Source: Chrysomallon squamiferum (lineage: Eukaryota; Animalia; Mollusca). Taken from it: a DNA stretch of 64,000 nt. Positions 42,301 to 54,594 of the stretch are shown here, piece by piece. Below the pieces are notes generated by a model. It searched no databases and was not told where the DNA came from. It was given only the letters and a program-made list of their open reading frames with translations. How positions within the stretch are numbered: position 1 is the stretch's first letter; every line of letters begins with the position of its first letter. The stretch is taken from the NCBI GenBank assembly GCA_012295275.1, contig CM022675.1, positions 4,402,001-4,466,000 of the forward strand, read 5' to 3'. A program made the position numbers and the translations under genes.

Positions 42301-45300
42301 GGAAAATTGATTTGATGTACGAGCAAACTGAGATATGAGCCTGGTCATGGAATGAATTAAATTTGTAATTCAAGCTACCACTGTATATATATATATGTAC
42401 ATAAGAAAAACACTAACATATAGAAAGGTACCTACTTATTTAATTTAATTTTTTTTTTTTTTTTTTTTTCAAGGTATTATCAGACAGTGAGAAAAGAAAG
42501 ATTTATGATAAACATGGAGAAGAAGGTTTGAAGAAAGGTGACATGTCAGGAGATCCTTTCTCCAGGTAAAAAATCTTTATTTTAATTACTCAAATTTATT
42601 CATCCAACTTTATAGAAATAATAATGGCATCATAATCAGATAAGACTTATTTTTAGAGGTTTTGTTTTACTATAGAACTGTTTTGGGGAAAACAATTAAT
42701 TGTGTGTTTATTTCAGTTTCTTTGGTGATTTTGGTTTTAATTTTGGATTTGGTGGCGGGGAGAAGAGTGATGAAGTTCCCAGAGGAGGAGACATTGTTTT
42801 GGATCTTTATGTTACTCTTGAGGAACTCTACATAGGAAATTTTGTTGAGGTGATTTTATAAAATTACTTTGTAATGAAAACTTTCTATTTGATTTGGGAA
42901 GTTGAGTTCAATTACAGTTAATTTGCTTTTCAGAATTCAAATACAGTCGTAGTACTGTCCTAAAAATCTCAGTTACAGTTATAATTGTCAGTCAAAATGT
43001 TTTTCAGTGTCCAAAAATGCCAACAGTTTTTGTGGAGTGTCTCTAAAAATTATTAATATTTAAACATTTGAATGAGTATATTTAAAAAGTATTTTTTTTT
43101 TAATGGCATGACAAAATGTTTTTTTTTTTATTGTAGTTTTAATGTTATTGTATTTGGTAAACTTATTTTAGTCTCAAAGTGGAACACAATCAAAAGGACA
43201 TACTGAGGAGTGATTCTGCTATCTGTTATTTTGAGATAAAGCATGCTTGAGCTATAATTAGTAATATACATTTAAAATATAAAAAAAAAAAAGTATATCT
43301 ATATAAATATTCTATTAGTGTATAATAAAGTCAGTTTGTTCAATCAAGGTTGTTCGTTACAAACCTGTGGCTCTAGCAGCTAAAGGAACAAGGAAGTGTA
43401 ACTGTCGTATGGAGATGGTCACTCAGCAGCTTGGTCCAGGCAGGTTTCAGATGATGCAGCAGCAAGTGTGTGATGAATGTCCTAATGTCAAGTGAGTTGT
43501 GAAATGTTTTTTTTCGTCAATGTTTTTTTTTTTTTTTGGTGGGAGGGGTATTTTGAAACTGGTATTATATAAATGCTGAATAGTTGAAAATGATTTAAGT
43601 TTTCATTTGAAGTAAAGACAGCCTGTACTGTCTCTTTGTTATGATTTATTTCCCCTGAATATTAACGAAACAAACGGCTTCAAGTAAATATAGTAAGATA
43701 TATATTCTACTTGAATTTTGTATAGTCTGGATCTTGGAGCAGACTTTTTACCATATATTATCTCAACAGCTGTGTTATGTTTTATTTCTCATTAATTAAG
43801 ACATATAACCTAATTAAAATATTGACTCCTATATTTTCTGTTTTAGATTAGTTCCTGAAGAAAAACTCTTAGAGATAGAAATAGAAGCTGGCATGAGAGA
43901 TGGACAAGAATATCCTTTTGTAGCAGAAGGTTTGTTATAATTAATTTGATGTTTAAAAACAGAATATTAACCGGTTTTGGTTTTTTTTTTTTTTAAAAGA
44001 ATTTACTCTACATTAAGAAACATTATTAATGAACAAGTTTGACAAAATTCAGTTTGTTTTATTACCGTGTCTAATAAAACAATCTATTTCTTCTAGATCC
44101 TTAAATTACAAATTAATTTCCTGTTAAAATTTGTTTCACTGTGTTTATAAAAACAAAAAAAAAACATTTAAAATATTAGGTATTTTACACTGATCTTATT
44201 TTTAGTTTGTTCTTTTACTGAATAATCTTTTTTAACAACTATCACTGAGCTTATCCTGTGAAAACTTAGTATATGAATACAAACTGTCTTTTAGTAATTT
44301 TTGTTTCTAATATTTACTTCTACAATATACATCTACAGTGTACAAACAAGATACAGCTTTTTTACTATTAGTTCTTTAAACTTAGATAATTATTTTTGTT
44401 CATATGAAATTTCACTTTCCACTTAGTTGCAGTATTGATATAATTTGTTTGATTTATTAGGAGAACCACATATTGATGGAGAACCAGGAGATCTGAGGTT
44501 TAGAATTAAACAGATAAAGTAAGTTTCTTTGTTGATTAAAGCAAATATTAAATACTTTATTATATTTTCTAATTTAGGTACTGATGTAGTGTAAACAAGT
44601 ATAATAAAAATTGTAAAATATAATTTATATACATTTTTTCAGACACCCTCGTTTTGAAAGACGTGGTGATGATCTTTACATGAATGTAACAATACCTTTA
44701 CAAGATGCACTGACAGGCTTTGAAATGGACATAAAGCATTTAGATGATCATAAGGTACAGATTATTACGATATTTTAAAAACAATAATTAAGCTCTGATA
44801 AACATTTAATACCGATACAAAGTTCATTAGACTTAATATAGGAAAAGCTTTATTTTAGATTATTCAGTTTCAAGTGTAAATATTTTTTTGCCTTGTACGA
44901 AATATTTTTAACAATATAGTATTTAATCTTTTACTATGTCAATTTAAATGTAATCTGTGGTTTATTGAGCCTAACTGAAATTTACAAAATACCTCAAACT
45001 GTTTTTATATATTTAAAAAAAAAAAAAAAAAAAAAGTAATAAATAACAAATATATTATTTCTAGTACTAACATGGTTTAAATTCTGTTGTTTTGATGTAA
45101 CATTTGATTTCAGTATTTAAAATTTTGCATGTTTGATTATCTCTAAATGGTTCCACCAGTGATTAACCCGTTTTTGACTAGGTTCACATAGTAAGAGATG
45201 AGATCACCTGGCCAGATGCTCCCCGAAGGAAAAAAAAGCAATGAAGGCATGCCCAACTATGAAAATAATAATGTCAGAGGCTCCCTTTACATTACATTTG

Positions 45301-45911
45301 AGATTGACTTTCCTAAAGGCAGCCTTTCAGAAGAAGCTAAAAAAAGGTATGTAATTATGTTGTATTAGTATTAGTATTAAGAATAAATAGAGTAGATAGT
45401 TTTTTTTTTTTTTTTATACTTCCAGATATTGATTTGTTATTATTATTATTTCACATATCAGTAAATGTAATAAACAAACTGCATTTAACAGACACAAATT
45501 AATACACTTTTTAAAGCAGAGTCTTTTTGGATTTTAATTAATCCACTTAAAATTCTTGCATTTCTGCTGCTTTGAGATGTGCTAATGAATGAAAAGCACA
45601 GCAAGCTGAAACAGATGATCACTGAGTGGAGAGAGTCAGCTGAACTGGTGTGTGACCAGCGGCACAAACTAAGTCAGTTTTGTCAGAACCACATTAATGG
45701 TTTGATACAAGTAATGGAAAAGAAAGGAATAAACATGAAAAAAAAAAATTGCAAACCAACTAAATATGTATATTTTAAATATCAGTAAAGAAACATTTTG
45801 CATATAAATAAATGTGTATGTATATATATATAATTTTAGTTTTTGGTTTTTTTTGTTTAGGTGTGAGAGAAATACTGAAAATGGAATCAAAAAAGAAATG
45901 TATATAATTGA
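39366..45911 (+). CDS. DNAJB11: DNAJB11/ERdj3-like copy 2, 10 exons; HPD->PPD; exons 9/10 frameshifted as assembled
   Basis: Exons 39366-39436 (signal peptide [23 protein letters not shown]), 40859-41015 ([37 protein letters not shown]), 42474-42565, 42717-42849, 43349-43491 ([24 protein letters not shown]), 43847-43929, 44461-44518, 44643-44754, 45182-45346 (165 nt) and 45861-45911. Confidence 0.85.
41488..41564. other. Perfect 27-bp inverted repeat with a 23-nt loop in DNAJB11 intron 2 (also 56718-56794)
   Basis: TCTGCCATCTCACTGTTTCCCAGATGA (41488-41514) is the exact reverse complement of TCATCTGGGAAACAGTGAGATGGCAGA (41538-41564). Confidence 0.9.
41814..42383 (+). mobile_element. Tigger/pogo-type element in DNAJB11 intron 2 (copy 2)
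   Basis: tacctcgacttacc ... caagctaccactg|TA with the same HTH remnant (atggatcctaagaaagtg..gaattaaagcttgaattcatagaaaaacatgagcaagg). Confidence 0.8.
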
Positions 45912-48273
45912 CGACTTTTTTAGTGTTAGTTTTGAGAAATTGTTTTGTCTTTGAATGTGGTGTGATAGTTGTTTGTATAAAACTGAATGTATGTTGGTTG
46001 AATGTGGCTATTTTTAATCCTAAAGATGTATTTATATGTGAACATACATGAAGATTTCCCATCACATTTGCAAAAATCACAAAATAAAATTATTTGAAAG
46101 TTATTTATTTTTATCATATGTAAGTAATATTTTTAAAAAATCTGTTAATTTTTTTTTTTTTGATTTTTTTCTTATTTTTTTTTATATGATATAATGACAT
46201 ATGACTTAGCTTATTATATTAATACATAATCCATTATTACATTAAAATTATTTAGAGGATACTTGTGTAACAGTTTGCACAGAATGTTGATATTGACTAG
46301 AAAACTAGACAATCTAACAGCATTTTAAATAATCTGTTTTAGAAACCAACTTAGGTTTTTCTGTTGATGGATAATAAGAAAATGTACTTTATTTATAGTG
46401 AAGAAAGTATACCATTTTATTATTATTATTTATTTTATTTCATTTCCACCTTTATACTTGGTTAAAGTAACAGTGATAGACTGCAATTAACTAGTATTAC
46501 TGGTAGGAGCATGTTACATCAGTGAAGGCATACAGTGGTATAGTAAAAATAAGAAAATACTTCTGTAGGTCTGCACAAATATCGTTTAAGAAATTTCACT
46601 TATGTAAAACTGTTTCTAAAATTCTGTAGTAGTTGTAAATTATGCAAATCACAAGGTTTTATAGGGAAATGCACTTTTAAAATTTCGGGTGGAAGAATTT
46701 ACAATTTGGGATTTTTCATTCACCATAAATATGTACATATATTCATGTATATCTGATCATAACATCATAGCTTTTACAAATACAAAACCATTTTGTTTAT
46801 TTTTTTAAATTTTGTTTAATGCAGTCCCATTTTGATACGTGAGTTAATTTAATTTCTCATATTTTGAATACTTCAAATAAAATCAGGTATTGTTCATTGG
46901 ATCTTAAGCTATATATAAAGAAATAACAAAATGGAAATCAGAGTTTCATAATCTCTAGTACTGCCTAGTACTATTTTGTATTTCATATACTCACAATGAT
47001 TTTGTGTTATTTGGAACTAAACAAATATTAAAATTAAAAAAGAGATAATCAGAAATTGTGTTTTTTGTTTTCTTTTGAATGTTGATCATTTTACAAATGT
47101 GTGTGTAAATAAATATTTGGGGTAATTGTTTCCTTACAGATTAATATTTATCTTCTTACAACTGAGTGACAGTGTATATTTTACACAAAAAGGTGATGTA
47201 ACTTATGTGGTGGTCTTATTAATACTATCATTCTCAGCATGTACATTTGGATTAAATGAAATATTTTTATGTTGTTTTATGACATTTGCATCCATTTATC
47301 TCATTATATATTAAAATGATGTAATGTGTTCATAAAAATGTTTTTAGTATCATGCAACTATTTGTGAACAAATTATTAAAATAAACTTTGTATAAATTTA
47401 AAAGAAAAATTTGTAATGTTTATCATTGAAATTGTTACCTGCTTTGAGGGAAGCTAGCACTGAACTTGTTAAATTAGAAAAAAATGTGTGTGTGTGTGTT
47501 CGATATTGATATAAAAAATCATCGCTCTGTTAAATTTTAACATTGATTTTCTGTACAGCACCTATTATACACCGTATACTGTGTGAACTTTGTTGCATAT
47601 TTAAAACAAAAAGTGTTTGGGAAATATTGATTACTTTTCGGGTACATTTATTTGCCGTACTCGTAAATTTTGCAATCTCAAAACATTCCTGACAACGAAA
47701 TAGCAAGATTTCTAGTCTTTATTTACAAAATAAATAAATAAATACAAACATTTATAAAATGAAATAAAAATAGATAAATAAAACACACACACACACACAC
47801 ACACACACGTGATCAACAGAACCAGTTTCAAAAATATGTTTAGATCATTAATCAGTTTAGATCATTAATTTTCTCCAGTGTGTTAAACTAATATTTATAA
47901 TAAACATATAACGAATTCACAGAAGAATATATTCGAGTCATTCTAAATTTGCGTTTCTATTTATATGAATTTCAAAATCCTTAACATCGTAAATGATTCA
48001 TCTTTGTCAGTGTGTTATACCATATGATAGTATTATTATTATTCTTTTTAATCGTTATGTTCAACTTACATTAAACCCCACTGATATGAAGTTCTTAAAT
48101 TAATTAATTATTAATCAAAATATCTGTACTGTCTCATTTTTTTTGTTTAAAGAAATAAATCTGTAAACGCCGGTTTTAAAATGATGGGCGATGTTAAAGA
48201 TTTCGGTATATTCCGTTTGTCTTCGTTAAATCAGTGTATATTTAGTCGGGCCGGAAACCGGAAGTTTATTAAA

Positions 48274-51200
48274 ATGGCGTCGCCGGTGATCTGGTATCTC
48301 TTCGCAGCAAATGTCTTCGTGATTTTTGTTCAAGTACTTGGCGGGTATTAACTCAAATTAATTTCGATGAATCGAATTTTTCTTTAAATATCATTTGTTT
48401 GGATGTAGTATATTTTGGGGTTGCTTTTATGTTTGTTACATACATCTTTTCATGTTAACTGAATGCATTCCCTCTTTTGATGTCGTGGTAATCTGTCATT
48501 AGTCAGCATTTTAACTTAATGGTTTTCATAATTTAACTAAAACATTAACAAAATGTACATTTTTAATGTATGTATTTATTTATTATTTTTTAAACTGAAG
48601 AAGATTTTGCATTTGTTTAATAAATGCTTATAATTATAATATTTGTTGAAATGTATTGAATGCTACATCATCTAGTAAATAATCATAAAACTAGTAGTAG
48701 TTATGCTTTAAATTATAATAATTTTATTATAAATGATAAATTAGGTAAATGATAAAATATTTAGTATCACCAGAAGGAATACCTTAATAGTCACCCCTAG
48801 ATAAAGGAAATATGTTGCATAAGGTATTATCAGACAGTGAGAAAAGAAAGATTTATGATAAACATGGAGAAGAATGTTTGAAGAAAGTTGACATGTCAGG
48901 AGATCATTTCTCCAGGTGAAAAATCTTTATTTTAATTACTGTAAATTTATTCATCCAATTTATAGAAATAATAATGGCATCATAATCAGATAAGACTTAT
49001 TTTTAGAGGTTTTTTTTTACTATAGAACTGTTTTGGGGAAAACAATTAATTGTGTGTTTATTTCAGTTTTAATTTTGGATTTGGTGGCGGGGAGAAGAGT
49101 GATGAAGTTCCCAGAGGAGGAGACATTGTTTTGGATCTTTATGTTACTCTTGAGGAACTCTACATAGGAAATTTTGTTGAGGTGATTTTATAAAATTACT
49201 TTGTAATGAAAACTTTCTATTTGGTTTCGGAAGTTGAGTTCAATTACAGTTAATTTGCTTTTCAGAATTCAAATACAGTCGTAGTACTGTCCTAAAAATC
49301 TCAGTTACAGTTATAATTGTCAGTCAAAATGTTTTTCAGTGTCCAAAAATGCCAACAGTTTTTGTGGAGTGTCTCTAAAAATTATTAATATTTAAACATT
49401 TGAATGAGTATATTTAAAAAGTATTTTTTTTTTAATGGCATGACAAAATGTTTTTTTTTATTGTAGTTTTAATGTTATTGTATTTGGTAAACTTATTTTA
49501 GTCTCAAAGTGGAACACAATCAAAAGGACATACTGAGGAGTGATTCTGCTATCTGTTATTTTGAGATAAAGCATGCTTGAGCTATAATTAGTAATATACA
49601 TTTAAAATATAAAAAAAAGGTATATCTATATAAATATTCTATTAGTGTATAATAAAGTCAGTTTGTTCAATCAAGGTTGTTCGTTACAAACCTGTGGCTG
49701 TAGCAGCTAAAGGAACAAGGAAGTGTAACTGTCGTATGGAGATGGTCACTCAGCAGCTTGGTCCAGGCAGGTTTCAGATGATGCAGCAGCAAGTGTGTGA
49801 TGAATGTCCTAATGTCAAGTGAGTTGTGAAATGTTTTTTCGTCAATGTTTTTTTTTTGGTGGGAGGGGTATTTTGAAACTGGTATTATATAAATGCTGAA
49901 TAGTTGAAAATGATTTAAGTTTTCATTTGAAGTAAAGACAGCCTGTACTGTCTCTTTGTTATGATTTATTTCCCCTGAATATTAACGAAACAAACGGCTT
50001 CAAGTAAATATAGTAAGATATATATTCTACTTGAATTTTGTATAGTCTGGATCTTGGAGCAGACTTTTTACCATATATTATCTCAACAGCTGTGTTATGT
50101 TTTATTTCTCATTAATTAAGACATATAACCTAATTAAAATATTGACTCCTATATTTTCTGTTTTAGATTAGTTCCTGAAGAAAAACTCTTAGAGATAGAA
50201 ATAGAAGCTGGCATGAGAGATGGACAAGAATATCCTTTTGTAGCAGAACGTTTGTTATAATTAATTTGATGTTTAAAAACAGAATATTAACCGGTTTTGG
50301 TTTTTTCTTTTTTTTTAAAAGAATTTACTCTACATTAAGAAACATTATTAATGAACAAGTTTGACAAAATTCAGTTTGTTTTATTACCGTGTCTAATAAA
50401 ACAATCTATTTCTTCTAGATCCTTAAATTACAAATTAATTTCCTGTTAAAATTTGTTTCACTGTGTTTATAAAAACAAAAAAAAACCATTTAAAATATTA
50501 GGTATTTTACACTGATCTTATTTTTAGTTTGTTCTTTTACTGAATAATCTTTTTTAACAACTATCACTGAGCTTATCCTGTGAAAACTTAGTATATGAAT
50601 ACAAACTGTCTTTTAGTAATTTTTGTTTCTAATATTTACTTCTACAATATACATCTACAGTGTACAAACAAGATACAGCTTTTTACTATTAGTTCTTTAA
50701 ACTTAGATAATTATTTTTGTTCATATGAAATTTCACTTTCCACTTAGTTGCAGTATTGATATAATTTGTTTGATTTATTAGGAGAACCACATATTGATGG
50801 AGAACCAGGAGATCTGAGGTTTAGAATTAAACAGATAAAGTAAGTTTCTTTGTTGATTAAAGCAAATATTAAATACTTTATTATATTTTCTAATTTAGGT
50901 ACTGATGTAGTGTAAAACAAGTATAATAAAAATTGTAAAATATAATTTATATACATTTTTTCAGACACCCTCGTTTTGAAAGACGTGGTGATGATCTTTA
51001 CATGAATGTAACAATACCTTTACAAGATGCACTGACAGGCTTTGAAATGGACATAAAGCATTTAGATGATCATAAGGTACAGATTATTATGATATTTTAA
51101 AAACAATAATTAAGCTCTGATAAACATTTAATACCGATACAAAGTTCATTAGACTTAATATAGGAAAAGCTTTATTTTAGATTATTCAGTTTCAAGTGTA

Positions 51201-52221
51201 AATATTTTTTTTTTGCTTGTACGAAATATTTTTAACAATATAGTATTTAATCTTTTACTATGTCAATTTAAATGTAATCTGTGGTTTATTGAGCCTAACT
51301 GAAATTTACAAAATACCTCAAACTGTTTTTATATATTTAAAAAAAAAAGAAAAAAAAAGCAATAAATAACAAATATATTATTTCTAGTACTAACATGGTT
51401 TAAATTCTGTTGTTTTGATGTAACATTTGATTTCAGTATTTAAATTTTGCATGTTTGATTATCTCTAAATGGTTCCACCAGTGATTAACCCGTTTTTGAC
51501 TAGGTTCACATAGTAAGAGATGAGATCACCTGGCCAGATGCTCGAATGAGGAAAAGCAATGAAGGCATGCCCAACTATGAAAATAATAATGTCAGAGGCT
51601 CCCTTTACATTACATTTGAGATTGACTTTCCTAAAGGCAGCCTTTCAGAAGAAGCTAAAAAAGGTATGTAATTATGTTGTATTAGTATTAGTATTAAGAA
51701 TAAATAGAGTAGATAGTTTTTTTTTTTTTTTATACTTCCAGATATTGATTTGTTATTATTATTATTTCACATATCAGTAAATGTAATAAACAAACTGCAT
51801 TTAACAGACACAAATTAATACACTTTAAAGCAGAGTCTTTTGGATTTTAATTAATCCACTTAAAATTCTTGCATTTCTGCTGCTTTGAGATGTGCTAATG
51901 AATGAAAAGCACAGCAAGCTGAAACAGATGATCACTGAGTGGAGAGAGTCAGCTGAACTGGTGTGTGACCAGCGGCACAAACTAAGTCAGTTTTGTCAGA
52001 ACCACATTAATGGTTTGATACAAGTAATGGAAAAGAAAGGAATAAACATGAAAAAAAAATTGCAAGCCAACTAAATATGTATATTTTAAATATCAGTAAA
52101 GAAACATTTTGCATATAAATAAATGTGTATGTATATATATATAATTTTAGTTTTTTGGTTTTTTTGTTTAGGTGTGAGAGAAATACTGAAAATGGAATCA
52201 AAAAGAAATGTATATAATTGA
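48274..52221 (+). pseudogene. DNAJB11: DNAJB11-like copy 3: exon 2 (most of the J-domain) deleted
   Basis: Exon 1 48274-48344; intron 1 is joined directly to the exon-3 acceptor at about 48820 (exon 3 starts 48824). Exon 1 (phase 2) spliced to exon 3 (phase 0) is out of frame. It also has extra substitutions (EEGLKKG->EECLKKV) and the 18-bp exon-4 deletion. Confidence 0.85.
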
Positions 52222-54594
52222 CGACTTTTTAGTGTTAGTTTTGAGAAATTGTTTTTGTCTTTGAATGTGGTGTGATAGTTGTTTGTATAAAACTGAATGT
52301 ATGTTGGTTGAATGTGGCTATTTTTAATCCTAAAGATGTATTTATATGTGAACATACATGAAGATTTCCCATCACATTTGCAAAAATCACAAAATAAAAT
52401 TATTTGAAAGTTATTTATTTTTATCATATGTAAGTAATATTTTTAAAAAATCTGTTAATTTTTTTTTTTTTGATTTTTTTCTTCTTTTTTTTTAATATGA
52501 TATAATGACATATGACTTAGCTTATTATATTAATACATAATCCATTATTATATTAAAATTATTTAGAGGATACTTGTGTAACAGTTTGCACAGAATGTTG
52601 ATATTGACTAGAAAACTAGACAATCTAACAGCATTTTAAATAATCTGTTTTAGAAACCAACTTAGGTTTTTCTGTTGATGGATAATAAGAAAATGTACTT
52701 TATTTATAGTGAAGAAAGTATACCATTTTATTATTATTATTTATTTTATTTCATTTCCACCTTTATACTTGGTTAAAGTAACAGTGATAGACTGCAATTA
52801 ACTAGTATTACTGGTAGGAGCATGTTACATCAGTGAAGGCATACAGTGGTATAGTAAAAATAAGAAAATACTTCTGTAGGTCTGCACAAATATCGTTTAA
52901 GAAATTTCACTTATGTAAAACTGTTTCTAAAATTCTGTAGTAGTTGTAAATTATGCAAATCACAAGGTTTTATAGGGAAATGCACTTTTAAAATTTCAGG
53001 TGGAAGAATTTACAATTTGGGATTTTTCATTCACCATAAATATGTACATATATTCATGTATATCTGATCATAACATCATAGCTTTTACAAATACAAAACC
53101 ATTTTGTTTATTTTTTTTTAAATTTTGTTTAATGCAGTCCCATTTTGATACGTGAGTTAATTTAATTTCTCATATTTTGAATACTTCAAATAAAATCAGG
53201 TATTGTTCATTGGATCTTAAGCTATATATAAAGAAATAACAAAATGGAAATCAGAGTTTCATAATCTCTAGTACTGCCTAGTACTATTTTGTATTTCATA
53301 TACTCACAATGATTTTGTGTTATTTGGAACTAAACAAATATTAAAATTAAAAAAAAAAGATAATCAGAAATTGTGTTTTTTGTTTTCTTTTGAATGTTGA
53401 TCATTTTACAAATGTGTGTGTAAATAAATATTTGGGGTAATTGTTTCCTTACAGATTAATATTTATCTTCTTACAACTGAGTGACAGTGTATATTTTACA
53501 CAAAAAGGTGATGTAACTTATGTGGTGGTCTTATTAATACTATCATTCTCAGCATGTACATTTGGATTAAATGAAATATTTTTATGTTGTTTTATGACAT
53601 TTGCATCCATTTATCTCATTATATATTAAAATGATGTAATGTGTTCATAAAAATGTTTTTTTTAGTATCATGCAACTATTTGTGAACAAATTATTAAAAT
53701 AAACTTTGTATAAATTTAAAAGAAAAATTTGTAATGTTTATCATTGAAATTGTTACCTGCTTTGAGGGAAGCTAGCACTGAACTTGTTAAATTAGAAAAA
53801 AATGTGTGTGTGTGTGTTCGATATTGATATAAAAAATCATCGCTCTGTTAAATTTTAACATTGATTTTCTGTACAGCACCTATTATACACCGTATACTGT
53901 GTGAACTTTGTTGCATATTTAAAACAAAAAGTGTTTGGGAAATATTGATTACTTTTCGGGTACATTTATTTGCCGTACTCGTAAATTTTGCAATCTCAAA
54001 ACATTCCTGACAACGAAATAGCAAGATTTCTAGTCTTTATTTACAAAATAAATAAATAAATACAAACAAACATTTATAAAATGAAATAAAAATAGATAAA
54101 TAAAACACACACACACACACACACACACACGTGATCAACAGAACCAGTTTCAAAAATATGTTTAGATCATTAATCAGTTTAGATCATTAATTTTCTCCAG
54201 TGTGTTAAACTAATATTTATAATAAACATATAACGAATTCACAGAAGAATATATTCGAGTCATTCTAAATTTGCGTTTCTATTTATATGAATTTCAAAAT
54301 CCTTAACATCGTAAATGATTCATCTTTGTCAGTGTGTTATACCATATGATAGTATTATTATTATTCTTTTTAATCGTTATGTTCAACTTACATTAAACCC
54401 CACTGATATGAAGTTCTTAAATTAATTAATTATTAATCAAAATATCTGTACTGTCTCATTTTTTTGTTTAAAGAAATAAATCTGTAAACGCCGGTTTTAA
54501 AATGATGGGCGATGTTAAAGATTTCGGTATATTCCGTTTGTCTTCGTTAAATCAGTGTATATTTAGTCGGGCCGGAAACCGGAAGTTTATTAAA

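Noticed and set aside
45215-45245. Biologically meaningful insertion in copy 2 exon 9 (ccccgaaggaaaaaaaagca)
   Set aside because: It falls in a stretch with several homopolymer-length discrepancies relative to the other copies; a low-quality consensus is as likely as a real mutation.
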